Part shown: positions 40,771-51,444 of the stretch, piece after piece
Layout of the letters: each line of letters begins with the position of its first letter
Numbering within the stretch: the first letter of the stretch is position 1
Sequence record: NZ_CP069398.1
DNA length: 64,000 nucleotides
From: a plasmid
Strand: one strand, 5' to 3'
Program-made: the position numbers and the translations under genes
Notes under the pieces: model-generated
What the model was told of the DNA's origin: nothing
Seen by the model: only the letters and a program-made list of their open reading frames with translations
Databases searched by the model: none

Positions 40771-41531
40771 TGAACGAGCTCTTAATTGACCGGCTAAGGA
40801 AGCTTGGTTGGCACCATACAGCTAACCAACTAGATAGTGTATTAGAAGACGTATCTAAAGATAATGTATCATATTCTGAATTTCTTCACACCATCGTTTT
40901 ACAGGAAATAGAGAAGCAAGAGTCGGGACAATTGGAAAAACGAATGAAACAGGCAAAACTCCCTTATAACAAAACGATTCACGACTTTGATTTTACATTT
41001 CAACCAAGTCTTAGTGAGAAACAAGTAAAAGAGACACTTACGTGCCGATTTATCTCGAATGGAGAAAACCGAATTTTACTTGGTCCACCTGGTGTAGGGA
41101 AAACGCATTTAGCTATTTCTTTCGCGGTGGAGGCCATTACCAAAGGATATACAGCTCTCTTCTTAACCTCAGATGACTTAGTAGAACAATGCCGAAAGGC
41201 AAATGAGAAAGGTACCCTCCATCGGCTTGTCAATCGATGGAGCCGGCCAGATATTTTAATTATAGATGAAGTAGGATATTTTCCATTTGACGAACTCACA
41301 GCAAATGTTTTCTTTCAAGTTGTATCTAAACGGTATGAGAAAGGAGCAATGGTTTTAACATCAAATAAATCCTATCTTGATTGGGGAAACGTCTTTGGAG
41401 ATGAAGTGTTGGCAACAGCTGTATTAGATCGGCTTCTTCATCATGCGATTACATTTAATATAAAGGGAGATTCATATCGTCTACGCGAAAAGAAAAAGGC
41501 AGGAATTTATCCTGCCAAGTTGACTACTTAA
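40767..41531 (+). CDS. istB: IS21-family helper ATPase IstB
   Basis: Walker A LLGPPGVGKTHLAISF. Walker B ILIIDE. Confidence 0.9.
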   Translation: MMNELLIDRLRKLGWHHTANQLDSVLEDVSKDNVSYSEFLHTIVLQEIEKQESGQLEKRMKQAKLPYNKTIHDFDFTFQPSLSEKQVKETLTCRFISNGENRILLGPPGVGKTHLAISFAVEAITKGYTALFLTSDDLVEQCRKANEKGTLHRLVNRWSRPDILIIDEVGYFPFDELTANVFFQVVSKRYEKGAMVLTSNKSYLDWGNVFGDEVLATAVLDRLLHHAITFNIKGDSYRLREKKKAGIYPAKLTT

Positions 41532-41594
41532 CCGTTTATAACGGGGAATTTGTTTTCGCTGATATTGGGTAAATTTAAAACGTTGTTGACATTA

Positions 41595-43715
41595 TCAGAT
41601 ACTATCTAGTATTTCATTACGCCAACCCATATTAAAATTAGTTGATAACTGATTAAACGATCCTTTTATCTTTTTAAGAAATTTAGTTTCATCAGTCCCA
41701 TTTTGTAACATTTTTAGAAGTTCTTCATTTTTCAAAGGCATAATCGTAACTGTCTCAGCAAACGTATCATTTTTTTTCGAAGATTGTAATGGAACAGTTG
41801 CAACAGCTCGCCAAATATTAATAGTATTTTCATCAAGTTCATCTGCAATGAATAATGTAGTTACTTCTTTAGGTGCAGATTCAATTGTTAAGTTAGTTGC
41901 ATGTCGCAAAACAGGTTCCCATTCTCCACGTTTTTGAGCGTGCTTATTCATTAATGTGACTTCAAGCATTAAAATATAATCACCATAATCAATTACTATA
42001 TCTCCTGCTCCCCCGCCAGCATGAGTCTCAGGTTCAAAATCAGCACTCATTGATAAATTTAAACTAGAAAACAAATCAAATTTTTGCGCACTAATATGAT
42101 ACCAAGCAATTCCAACAATATACTCAAAGATAGTTGGGACGTCGGTGTTTTCAGCAACAATTTTTTGTATTCTTGAATCGTTACTTCGATCTGAAAAAAG
42201 AGGCAAAATTTCGATTATCTTTTCTTTTGGATAGTGATCTTCAATATGCTTAATAAAGGCTTTACTTGTTTGATTAAATAATGTTCGGCGAATTTCTTCC
42301 TCGCTAGATAAATCTAAGTCGTCCTGAATCTCAAGAATCGCTTTATCAACTTTTTCATCTTCATACTCAAAAATCTCTTCAAGTGAAAGGTGATTTAAGA
42401 AAGGAGAAATGCTTTTCTTTTCATAGCTTTCATATTCTTCGGCTGTCGAATTTCCAAATATTAATTTCTCTAGATCAATTTCGGCAAAAAATTTCTTCCA
42501 TAAATCACGTTGTACTAGTTCAACTACACCGTTTTTAAAACTAATAATACTTGTAACTTTCATTACACGACGCGTAACATCACCATACTCTTGAATACCA
42601 TCATGACGTTTTGAAGCCTGAAATTGTAAAAATAGTTTCCGGTTTATATCTTGGTTTGTGAGAATGTCTAACTCTTCATTAAGCTCCATAAACTTAATAA
42701 CGTTTGTTTTATCACTTTTATCAAAGGCGAAAACATTACGGCCGAAACCAAATGCTTTATTAAGCATTGCTTTTTTCTGAGCATCAGAAAATAATTCTAC
42801 AATTCTTTTAAGGCTCTCCTCTGTTCGCTCAGAATTGAATACAATTAAACATTCATAAAACTCTCGATAAACCCTTATAGCTTTCTCACTTTTCCCACTT
42901 TTAAAGTTTTCAGAGAATATTTCCTCTGACATTGGTAGAGATTCATTTGCTACTGTGTCCAATGCTTCGCTCTCGAAAAATGGAATATATTCTCTTTCTA
43001 ATTTCTGAGCATGGCCATTTAAAAACTCTTTAACAAAAATAGAGGGTGTTATTGGTAGATAAGGATTCAACATTTGAATCATCGTAACAAACAAATCTTG
43101 GTCTACTCGTGGATAATTTAATAGAATATACATTGCCATCAACATAGGAGAATAATATTTTTCTCCCTCTTTTGAGTAGACTCTTAGCTTTAATAATTGT
43201 CGGAAAAATAATAAGTTTGTTTCATCAATTGGCAATAGATTCTCAAATCTACTTCTTCGTAATTTCTTTCCGTGTATCCATGATTTCCCTACTGGTGAAA
43301 TCTGACGTTGTTCATCTGCTAAACCAATTTTGACTAAGTTACTAGAGTAGTGACGTGCCCTTCCTTCAATAGAGCTATCTAAATCAGCATACAATTGCTT
43401 TAAATATGTCTTTTTCTTTAGATAACTAATATCTCTTTTAGCAAACTCAGCCTTTATAAATGGGTCTTCCATAGCTTCAACAAACTTATCGTACTTTGGA
43501 TGCTGTTTGAATACTTCTGGAGAGTTTTCTATTGCCAGCTCATAGAATCTAAACTGAGTAGATTCATTTGGATAACGTCCCCATACGCCTGATTCACTTT
43601 CAGCATAAACTTGTTCTAATATATTCGTATAAATTTTGTATGCATTAATTACATCGCTTCTACGCCCGTTCGTATCAAATAAATTAAATACCTTTTCTAA
43701 ATTATTAACTTTCAT
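41595..43715 (-). CDS. Large type IIS-like restriction endonuclease paralog 1 (AlwI/PleI/Nt.BstNBI-like architecture)
   Basis: 706 aa. C-terminal block PTIFEYIVGIAWYHIS...HAGGGAGDIVIDY...LEVTLMNK (PD-(D/E)XK-like) is shared with the ORF at 47743-49701. Adjacent to a two-domain adenine MTase. Confidence 0.55.
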   Translation of the reverse strand: MKVNNLEKVFNLFDTNGRRSDVINAYKIYTNILEQVYAESESGVWGRYPNESTQFRFYELAIENSPEVFKQHPKYDKFVEAMEDPFIKAEFAKRDISYLKKKTYLKQLYADLDSSIEGRARHYSSNLVKIGLADEQRQISPVGKSWIHGKKLRRSRFENLLPIDETNLLFFRQLLKLRVYSKEGEKYYSPMLMAMYILLNYPRVDQDLFVTMIQMLNPYLPITPSIFVKEFLNGHAQKLEREYIPFFESEALDTVANESLPMSEEIFSENFKSGKSEKAIRVYREFYECLIVFNSERTEESLKRIVELFSDAQKKAMLNKAFGFGRNVFAFDKSDKTNVIKFMELNEELDILTNQDINRKLFLQFQASKRHDGIQEYGDVTRRVMKVTSIISFKNGVVELVQRDLWKKFFAEIDLEKLIFGNSTAEEYESYEKKSISPFLNHLSLEEIFEYEDEKVDKAILEIQDDLDLSSEEEIRRTLFNQTSKAFIKHIEDHYPKEKIIEILPLFSDRSNDSRIQKIVAENTDVPTIFEYIVGIAWYHISAQKFDLFSSLNLSMSADFEPETHAGGGAGDIVIDYGDYILMLEVTLMNKHAQKRGEWEPVLRHATNLTIESAPKEVTTLFIADELDENTINIWRAVATVPLQSSKKNDTFAETVTIMPLKNEELLKMLQNGTDETKFLKKIKGSFNQLSTNFNMGWRNEILDSI

Positions 43716-43761
43716 TTCTTTCCCTCTTATCGTTGTATAATAACATTTTATAACTTAATAC

Positions 43762-44745
43762 CTATTTGTAATCCTTGCCTATATGACTTCTTTTTGGTAT
43801 TGGATACTTCTCCTGATTAGAATAATACTTAAGCCAAAATTCGATATTTCGGATTTCTTTAGGAAATGTTGTTAAGTATTGCTTCGCAGCTACAGGGTCA
43901 GTATTCATCTTTTCTAGCCATGAAACCATGTCTTTGTAAGTAACTTTATATGAAATATCACCCATTATACCTTTATCTTCATCCAAATCAACTACTTCAA
44001 TGATCGATAAATCTTCCGTCTTGTCATTTTTATTATAATTAACGAGGTATAATTCCCCTTCTAGTTTTTGCTTGGCTCTCCATAATGAGATATATTTTTG
44101 TCGATTATCAATTTTGCGAGGATTTTTCCAGGAAGGCTTTTCTTTCTTCATCTTTTTTGCAAATTCCTCTTGCTCCCTATCAGAAATCCATGCATACCGC
44201 ATAGGATGAGCCTGGGTATTTTCTATTGGATTCTTTCCTTTTTGTTTTGTTTCATTATTTAAAAATTCAACGAGAGTTTTGTTTATATCATCAAATATGT
44301 CGAAGTCGAAACCATAGGTAGACTCTTTACCCAATGCTTCCTTTGTAATACTTAAACCATTGTCATCTAAACAGAAACTAATTTCATGTACTTCCTTCAA
44401 TATTTCATTTATGTAAGGATCACCTTCATTATCAGTAGCTGAGCCAAGAGGCTTAGACTTTAAAACGGAGTTATTCAAGGCCTCTCCATTTTTCGATAAA
44501 AACCATTGTTTGTACTCATTCCATTTATATGTTTTATTTTTACCGTTACTCCAAACTCTAACACCATTTTCATTCCTATAATTATCATTATATTTAACAA
44601 AAAATAGAGATTCTTTTGAAATTTTAGAAAGAGATTCAAATTTTCTTCTTACAAACTGTTCATTATCGTTAGAATCATTATAAAACTCAAAAAAAACCAG
44701 TTGTCCACTAGCTTCAAACTGCACTCTATCTACCGTATAAATCAT
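43762..44745 (-). CDS. Hypothetical protein co-transcribed upstream of endonuclease paralog 1
   Basis: 327 aa, lysine- and asparagine-rich, no recognisable motif. 46 bp upstream of the 41595-43715 gene on the same strand. Confidence 0.4.
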   Translation of the reverse strand: MIYTVDRVQFEASGQLVFFEFYNDSNDNEQFVRRKFESLSKISKESLFFVKYNDNYRNENGVRVWSNGKNKTYKWNEYKQWFLSKNGEALNNSVLKSKPLGSATDNEGDPYINEILKEVHEISFCLDDNGLSITKEALGKESTYGFDFDIFDDINKTLVEFLNNETKQKGKNPIENTQAHPMRYAWISDREQEEFAKKMKKEKPSWKNPRKIDNRQKYISLWRAKQKLEGELYLVNYNKNDKTEDLSIIEVVDLDEDKGIMGDISYKVTYKDMVSWLEKMNTDPVAAKQYLTTFPKEIRNIEFWLKYYSNQEKYPIPKRSHIGKDYK

Positions 44746-45262
44746 TTTTTCTCCTTTTCTATGTATCTTATTTAATAATTCAAGTATAGCAAAACGGATA
44801 AGGTTACAGTTAGCTATATTAAAATTTATTTATCTTTATAATTTGTTATAAAAGCCCTTGTTATCTCGTTTTGCTTAGTTTATAATTCACAATTTTGATT
44901 ATACAAAAGAAAGAAGATTTCTCTATCTTAAAGCTATTAAAGAATAAAAACTACCTGTAGGTACTTAAACAAAGTAAATCTAATATTTCAATTAAGTAAT
45001 TGCACAAGATAGAAGGGTTGTCCTTAATAATATTATTATGGTATATTGAACATTATTAAGATGCGCGTTTTGGAAATAATTCAACCATTTAATGTATAAC
45101 TTGCTATTAACTCGAGAAATTTTAAGCGTAATCAGCTCTACATTAATATAGGGAAAGGACATATATATTTCCTTAGTAAAAGCATGCTCATTGGTGAAAC
45201 CAACTAATTTATATCTAACAGGTAAATGATTTATAAATACCTTTTATTTGGGAGGAATTCAA

Positions 45263-47344
45263 TTGCTAAAAATACAACAACGTAGATACTTGGGGAGCAA
45301 AGCAAAATTGCTTAATTTCATATCAGATATACTCAAAAAGGAAAAAATAGAATATAATCGATTTGTTGATTTATTTGGTGGTACAGGCGTGGTAGGCCAT
45401 TATTTTAATAAATCAAGCGAAATTATAATGAATGATTTACTTTATTCTAATTATTTAATCCATGTTGCTTTTATGGGTGACGAAAAAGTAAATGATGAAT
45501 TAGTCAAATCAATACTAAATGAATATAATAGTCTTAAATTTGATGAATTACCTGAAAATTACTTTTCAGATAATTTTTCCAATACGTACTTTAGTCATAA
45601 AAATTGCAAATTAATTGGTTACATACGAGAAGATATTGAAAGACGAAAGAAATCAGGAACAATTAACCATAGAGAGTTTGCCTATCTTGTTACCTCTCTT
45701 ATGTATGCTATGGATAGGATAGCTAATACTGTAGGGCATTACGACGCTTATAGAAAAAAGCAAGATGACTTAAATAGAGAGATGCGCTTAGATACTCTTG
45801 ATATTGAAGCTGCTGAATTAAATAAAGGTAATGAAATATATAATATGGACGCAAATTCACTTGTTGCCTCTCTTAAATCTGATGTTGTATATTTAGATCC
45901 TCCCTACAATTCAAGACAGTATTCAGACTGTTATCATTTACTCGAGAACGTAGCAGAATGGAAAAAACCTGACGTAAAAGGAGTAGCAAGGAAGATGGAT
46001 CGTTCTCATCGTAAAAGTAAGTATTGTATGAAAACTGCTGCTGAGACTTTCTCTGACCTTCTTGATAAATTGGATACAAAATATATTTTAGTCAGTTATA
46101 ATGATATGGGTGAGAATGGATGTAGTCGTTCTCAGGCACGTATGTCAGATCATGAGATTATTTCTGCATTAGAACGTAAAGGAAGAGTAACAGTTTACAG
46201 CACAGAATTCAAACAGTTTACTACAGGGACTTCCACTAAAGAAGATTTACAGGAACGTATATTTGTATGCGAAGTAGGGGTGTATTCCAATCCTTCTACA
46301 GAGGATTCGCAGTTGCTTAATAATGAAGGTATAGAAAGTATTTCTACCAGAAAGGGTAGTGTTAAGAGAAAAACTTCTAATAAGAAGAAATATGTAAAAT
46401 CTCCATTGAACTATACTGGTGGTAAGTATCGATTACTTGATCAAATCATTCCTTACTTCCCCAAAGATATTGAGAATTTTTATGATGTGTTTTCAGGTGG
46501 CGCTAATATAGGAATTAATTCTATAGCTCAAAATACCGTATGTATAGATTATAATGAGAAAGTTATTCGAATACAGCAACTTATTCAGAGGAAAAACTTT
46601 GATGAACTTCATAATATTCTTATTGATAAAATTGAGGAATTTGGCCTCAGTCGATCATATGAAAATGGATATGAAAAGTATGGTTGTGAGTCTACAAAAG
46701 GTTTGGGATCATACAACAAGGAGAAGTACAAACTTCTTAAACAAATGTATAATACCTTACCGATAAGCGAAGAGAAGGATATTTTACTTTTACTTCTAAT
46801 TATCTATGGCTTTAATAATCAAATTCGCTTTAACAGTAAAGGCGATTTTAATTTACCTGTTGGAAAACGTGATTACAATGGAAGTGTTCGAAATAATTTG
46901 TTACGTTTCAGTGAGGCTTCGAAAGAAAAAAGCATTACCTTTAAAGTAGATGATTTCCGTAGCTTAAAAGATATAAAATTATCTAAGAATGATTTCGTTT
47001 ATCTAGATCCCCCCTATTTGCTTGGGACTGCTAGTTATAATGAATCAGGTGGGTGGGCTATTAAGGATGAGACAGAACTTTTAGAGGTACTTGATAAATT
47101 AGATGAAAATGGGATTAAGTTTGCGCTTTCGAATGTATCTGAGCATAAAGGGCAAGAAAACATTTATTTAAAAAATTGGGTTGCCGAAAGAAGTCACTAT
47201 ATGCATAAGTTGAACTTCAATTATAATAATTCTAATTACCAATCGAAGGCTAAAGAAAAACAGACCATTGAAGTACTTGTGACAAATTACAAACCATCTA
47301 TTCTTATAGAAAACGAAGAGCAATTGAAATTAGAGTTAGTCTAA
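45263..47344 (+). CDS. Fused two-domain N6-adenine DNA methyltransferase (two D12/Dam-class domains), type IIS-style
   Basis: Two DPPY motifs (VVYLDPPYNS and FVYLDPPYLL). N-terminal RYLGSK (motif I-like of Dam-class MTases). Probable TTG start at 45263 with GGGAGG RBS. The track frame starts at 45248. Confidence 0.8.
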   Translation: MLKIQQRRYLGSKAKLLNFISDILKKEKIEYNRFVDLFGGTGVVGHYFNKSSEIIMNDLLYSNYLIHVAFMGDEKVNDELVKSILNEYNSLKFDELPENYFSDNFSNTYFSHKNCKLIGYIREDIERRKKSGTINHREFAYLVTSLMYAMDRIANTVGHYDAYRKKQDDLNREMRLDTLDIEAAELNKGNEIYNMDANSLVASLKSDVVYLDPPYNSRQYSDCYHLLENVAEWKKPDVKGVARKMDRSHRKSKYCMKTAAETFSDLLDKLDTKYILVSYNDMGENGCSRSQARMSDHEIISALERKGRVTVYSTEFKQFTTGTSTKEDLQERIFVCEVGVYSNPSTEDSQLLNNEGIESISTRKGSVKRKTSNKKKYVKSPLNYTGGKYRLLDQIIPYFPKDIENFYDVFSGGANIGINSIAQNTVCIDYNEKVIRIQQLIQRKNFDELHNILIDKIEEFGLSRSYENGYEKYGCESTKGLGSYNKEKYKLLKQMYNTLPISEEKDILLLLLIIYGFNNQIRFNSKGDFNLPVGKRDYNGSVRNNLLRFSEASKEKSITFKVDDFRSLKDIKLSKNDFVYLDPPYLLGTASYNESGGWAIKDETELLEVLDKLDENGIKFALSNVSEHKGQENIYLKNWVAERSHYMHKLNFNYNNSNYQSKAKEKQTIEVLVTNYKPSILIENEEQLKLELV

Positions 47345-47350
47345 ATAACC

Positions 47351-47400
47351 ATTAGCACAAGAATCTTTTCATGACCTTGTGCTAATGGTTATTGATTTTT
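47351..47400 (+). terminator. Terminator after the methyltransferase gene
   Basis: accattagcacaag ... cttgtgctaatggt 14-bp stem plus T-run. Confidence 0.6.
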
Positions 47401-47742
47401 ATTTGAGGCTTTATAGTTATTATTTAGATTATCCTAAAATTTTTTTTATATATTAAGGTTTCATGCTTCCAATGAAACTTCTATTTTGATTTGCATACAT
47501 AGTGAGTTTTATTAACCATTTACACTTTAACTTTTTTATAAAAATCAAATAATGAGTTATAAAATCCAGTTCGTTTATAGTGCTTGAAAATTATTATTTC
47601 AATTTCTTGACCCTTAAATAAAAGATTTATTTTATATCCAATTGCAATAAAAAGATAAGTAGTTATTTATTCGCCTTCTTTTTGTTTCTGAGAAAAGATA
47701 TACTAGAATATATAGACAATAAGTCGCAGGAGGAAAACAACC

Positions 47743-49701
47743 ATGTTTGAGTTCAAATCCTATTCATGGGTGATAGGAACCACTAGTTTTCGTGTTAAAG
47801 AAATTAATTATAAAATTGAACAGCAACTTTTTACACTCAAAGAATTATTCGGAGAATATCCAAATGAAAAATGGCAAAATCTCCAAGAAGTATATTATGA
47901 TATGCTTTTTGAAAAGAACCTTATTATAGGTAATGCCCAAAGGAAAGATAAAGATGCAAGAGAAAAAACTTCTGGCTTAAAAGAATTAGGTTTAATTACT
48001 GAAGATAGACACCTTACTGACGTAGGAGAAGAAATATTAAGGCTGGTAAAAGATGATGAAATAGATCAATCAAATGATTTTATGATTGACTTAGATGCTT
48101 TTGTTTATTTAAAACAATTATTAAAGCTTTATGTACGTGACCCTGAATTCAAGATTCGTCCCTTCGTTGCGCTATTATATTTGCTAGATAAGTTAGGTTA
48201 TCTTACAGAAGATGAATTCACCTACCTTTTACCTCTTTGTAAAAACAAAGAAGATGTTAAAAGAATGGCTAGTTTAATAGAACAGACCAGAAAGGGTAAT
48301 TTAAGTTTTAACAGTATAATTATTAAGTTTATGCGCAAAATGCCCAATTATCGAAAAGCATTAGACTATTTTTTAAAACAAGAAACAGTGACATGTGACT
48401 TGGTTTGTGAAATTGGTATGAATCGAAAATCTCGTAAATACGACGCTCCATACTATGATTTATTTATTGCACTTAAAAAGGCAGCTGTAACTGAAACTAT
48501 TACAGAAATTGAAATGAATAGCGTCTTAAATATTTTGAAAAAATTGAAAAAACCAAGTGCTGAGTGGAAACTTCTTTTATTTGGAAAAACCAAAAGGTCT
48601 TCCGAGAGATTAGAAAATTTTAAAAAAAGAATGTTTAAATTATTTTCTTCTAAAGATGAATCAGCTTTTCGTAATACTTTTTTTAATATTTTACACTTAT
48701 TTAAATGGAAAGCTAACTTAGTTGAGTATGCAGATTTAAACAAGCGATATTTTTCATTAGCAGATATTCTTTTATTCCAGGATGGTAAAGTTGAACTTAC
48801 TCTTTTCTCAAAATATTTCTTTCACTTGTGTATAGATGAATTATTAGAAGAAAAAATAGTCCCATCCCTTCTCCCTCGTAACCTAGCTTTACAAGAAATA
48901 TCGCCAGCACTTAATATTAAAACTGAAGAGGTAGTTGAACTAGTTAGTAAAGAGACTGGTAAATTATTGGATATACCTACGATGCGTACTTATTTTCAAA
49001 AAGAGAAAGAAGAGCAGTTACTTGATCTTATCAATCAGAAGTTTAACCCGAACAAACTTATTCAATTATTTACATGGATTGAAGGCAGAGAAGACAAACA
49101 AGTACAAGAATACGTTACCGACAATGCAGATATTCCGACAATTTTTGAATATCTACTAGGCATTAGCTGGTATCACATTAGTGGAGAGTCTATTAATCTC
49201 ATGGATTCATGGAATTTAAGTTTAGATGCAAATTTATTGCCTAAAAGACATGCTGGGGGAGGAGAGTCAGATATTGTTATTGATTATCCAGCCACAGATT
49301 TTTATCCACAACATAAGTTAATGATTGAAGCAACTCTTACTAATAAAACTAATCAAAGACGGGCAGAAATGGAACCTGTAAGCCGTCATTTAGGAACGCT
49401 AAAAGCCAAGCATGCAAACCAGGAAGTATATGCTGTGTTCGTTTCAAACCATTTAGATAGAAACGTTATTGTTGATCTAAGAAGTAGAAAAGCTGTGCCT
49501 TTTCACGATAGAATAACGGATACTTGGATTGAAAACAATAAAATTATTCCATTGAATACTAAAAATATAAAAATGATACTGGAAAAGAAAATACAATACT
49601 GGAGAATGTACAAATTCTTTTCAGTAGCATATGAAAATGAAATACCCTATCAAGATTGGTACGAGAAAACAATCAATTTACCTTTACAAGAGTACGTTTA
49701 A
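47743..49701 (+). CDS. Large type IIS-like restriction endonuclease paralog 2
   Basis: 652 aa. C-terminal PTIFEYLLGISWYHIS...HAGGGESDIVIDY...IEATLTNK. N-terminal region colinear with paralog 1 (for example AREKTSGLKELGLI versus ARHYSSNLVKIGLA). Confidence 0.55.
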   Translation: MFEFKSYSWVIGTTSFRVKEINYKIEQQLFTLKELFGEYPNEKWQNLQEVYYDMLFEKNLIIGNAQRKDKDAREKTSGLKELGLITEDRHLTDVGEEILRLVKDDEIDQSNDFMIDLDAFVYLKQLLKLYVRDPEFKIRPFVALLYLLDKLGYLTEDEFTYLLPLCKNKEDVKRMASLIEQTRKGNLSFNSIIIKFMRKMPNYRKALDYFLKQETVTCDLVCEIGMNRKSRKYDAPYYDLFIALKKAAVTETITEIEMNSVLNILKKLKKPSAEWKLLLFGKTKRSSERLENFKKRMFKLFSSKDESAFRNTFFNILHLFKWKANLVEYADLNKRYFSLADILLFQDGKVELTLFSKYFFHLCIDELLEEKIVPSLLPRNLALQEISPALNIKTEEVVELVSKETGKLLDIPTMRTYFQKEKEEQLLDLINQKFNPNKLIQLFTWIEGREDKQVQEYVTDNADIPTIFEYLLGISWYHISGESINLMDSWNLSLDANLLPKRHAGGGESDIVIDYPATDFYPQHKLMIEATLTNKTNQRRAEMEPVSRHLGTLKAKHANQEVYAVFVSNHLDRNVIVDLRSRKAVPFHDRITDTWIENNKIIPLNTKNIKMILEKKIQYWRMYKFFSVAYENEIPYQDWYEKTINLPLQEYV

Positions 49702-50085
49702 ATATTGTAAAGAAGAGCAAAAGCTTGATACTATTGTTTAAATTTTGCATTGAATAAGAAAATATGGTATATTAATTTAAACTTTAAAATTATAGTATTA
49801 ATTCTCCAAAAAAGATTAGGTTTAGCTCATGACCTAATCTTTTTTCATGTCTCGTTGATTGACATTTTCTATTAGTTTGAAAAAACTCTTTTAGTAGAGA
49901 TTCGCTGCCACACGTAACTTTCACTTAGGATATAAACACAAAAGCGCTTCCCTGACAAAAGGAAGCGCTAAAAGAAATACATACTTTAAGTTTATAATAC
50001 CATGTATTAGCACAATTTAAAACAACAAAATAAATATTTGCTCTTATTATAGATAACATAGTTAAAATTGTGTTTACGAATATAG

Positions 50086-50433
50086 TTAATACGGGCCTTT
50101 AATTCTTTTCAAAATTTGTTCAGTGATAGTTAAACATTGTTTTTTCGTAAGTTCAATTTTGAATGTTCCATTAAATATAGCTTGGATCTCTCCCACTAAA
50201 TCGTTTGGAGTTGGATTCTTATACGCTGCAGATAAGACTCTTAATGCTTCATAATAATATTCATCATAACTATTAGTTGAAGAAATTTCATTATATAATT
50301 CTAAGGGATCCCATGTATTAATAAGATGTAAAATTATTTCTTGATCTTCATCAAAAATTTTTTTCAATGTTTCTTTTTTCAAGTTTTTCAACCCTCCTAA
50401 ATTAAATTTATATATGCCAATACCTAAAAACAA
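50086..50433 (-). CDS. Hypothetical small protein
   Basis: 115 aa. No recognisable motif. Confidence 0.35.
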   Translation of the reverse strand: MFLGIGIYKFNLGGLKNLKKETLKKIFDEDQEIILHLINTWDPLELYNEISSTNSYDEYYYEALRVLSAAYKNPTPNDLVGEIQAIFNGTFKIELTKKQCLTITEQILKRIKGPY

Positions 50434-51100
50434 TGTTGTAACAAACGATTAAGTTTTCTTTAATATTACTAAAAATACTATCTTTATTCTCCGGAAGGTT
50501 TTTCTCTAGAAGATTATTATTAATAGTGGTTACTCAATAATTGCATACCTTGAAAATATTTTCTTCTTTAGATTATGAGTTATCTGTATTTCTGAAAATA
50601 ATTTAACTGTATCCAAAACTTAGGTTTCACTGTGAATAATAAACTATACATTGTAAAGGTGGACTCTATTCATTGAAAAGACTTGTGTATATCTTTTTTT
50701 AAAAATGGAAAGATTGATAATTGACTCTATCTTTGTTAAATAAGCATGTACACAAATACTCTTGTGCATGCTTATTTAAACTATGTTTTCTAATCTTTGC
50801 TTATAATTAGTGATTAACTATTTGTTATCTATCAATATAGCTAGTCAATTGGAATATACTCAAGTCAACATTCATAAACTTATTACTTAATCAATATTGT
50901 ATAATAAAAAGGTAAGGGTTTAATACCTTACCTTTTTCTATAGGAGAATATTATGAGCAAAACAAGTAAAGCGTAAAGAGTTTCTGGTACATTGATAGCA
51001 ATTGGAGTAATAATAACGGTAATATTACTGTTTATATTGGAGTTAGTATAGTTTCATGGACACCATTTAATTAAGTCCTTACAATGACTTTTGAGAGGAT

Positions 51101-51385
51101 GTGTCCGAAATGGAACGTAAACGTGCAGGCAAAACATACAATGATGAGTTTAAGAAAACGATTGTGGATTTATATCATGCAGGAAACTCTGTTAAAAATT
51201 TAAGCAGCGAATATGGCGTATCAGAAGTAACAATCTATAAGTGGGCGAAGGCATTTACACCTATCAGCTCAGAAGAAGGATCTCTAACGCCCAAAGAATT
51301 AGCTGAGATCCAGAAGGAAAACCTTCGGTTAAAACAAGAGTTAGACATTCTAAAAAAGGCTATGGCCATATTCGCGAAAAAGTAA
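51101..51385 (+). CDS. IS3-family transposase OrfA
   Basis: 94 aa HTH / leucine-zipper protein. Confidence 0.8.
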   Translation: MSEMERKRAGKTYNDEFKKTIVDLYHAGNSVKNLSSEYGVSEVTIYKWAKAFTPISSEEGSLTPKELAEIQKENLRLKQELDILKKAMAIFAKK

Positions 51386-51444
51386 CGGAAGCAGAGCTCA
51401 ACCATTTTATCGAGAAATATAAAGAACAATACAGTGTTCAGAAA

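Larger units (their letters stand above)
39417..41600 (+). mobile_element. IS21-family element, IS232-like (istA 420 aa, istB 254 aa). Termini approximate
   Basis: Internal repeated aaattcccc motifs lie near both ends. Sizes match the IS232 subgroup. Confidence 0.5.

Noticed and set aside
45248-45262. Track start of the methyltransferase ORF at 45248
   Set aside because: That start overlaps the GGGAGG RBS itself. The TTG at 45263, 8 nt after the RBS, is the more plausible initiation codon.
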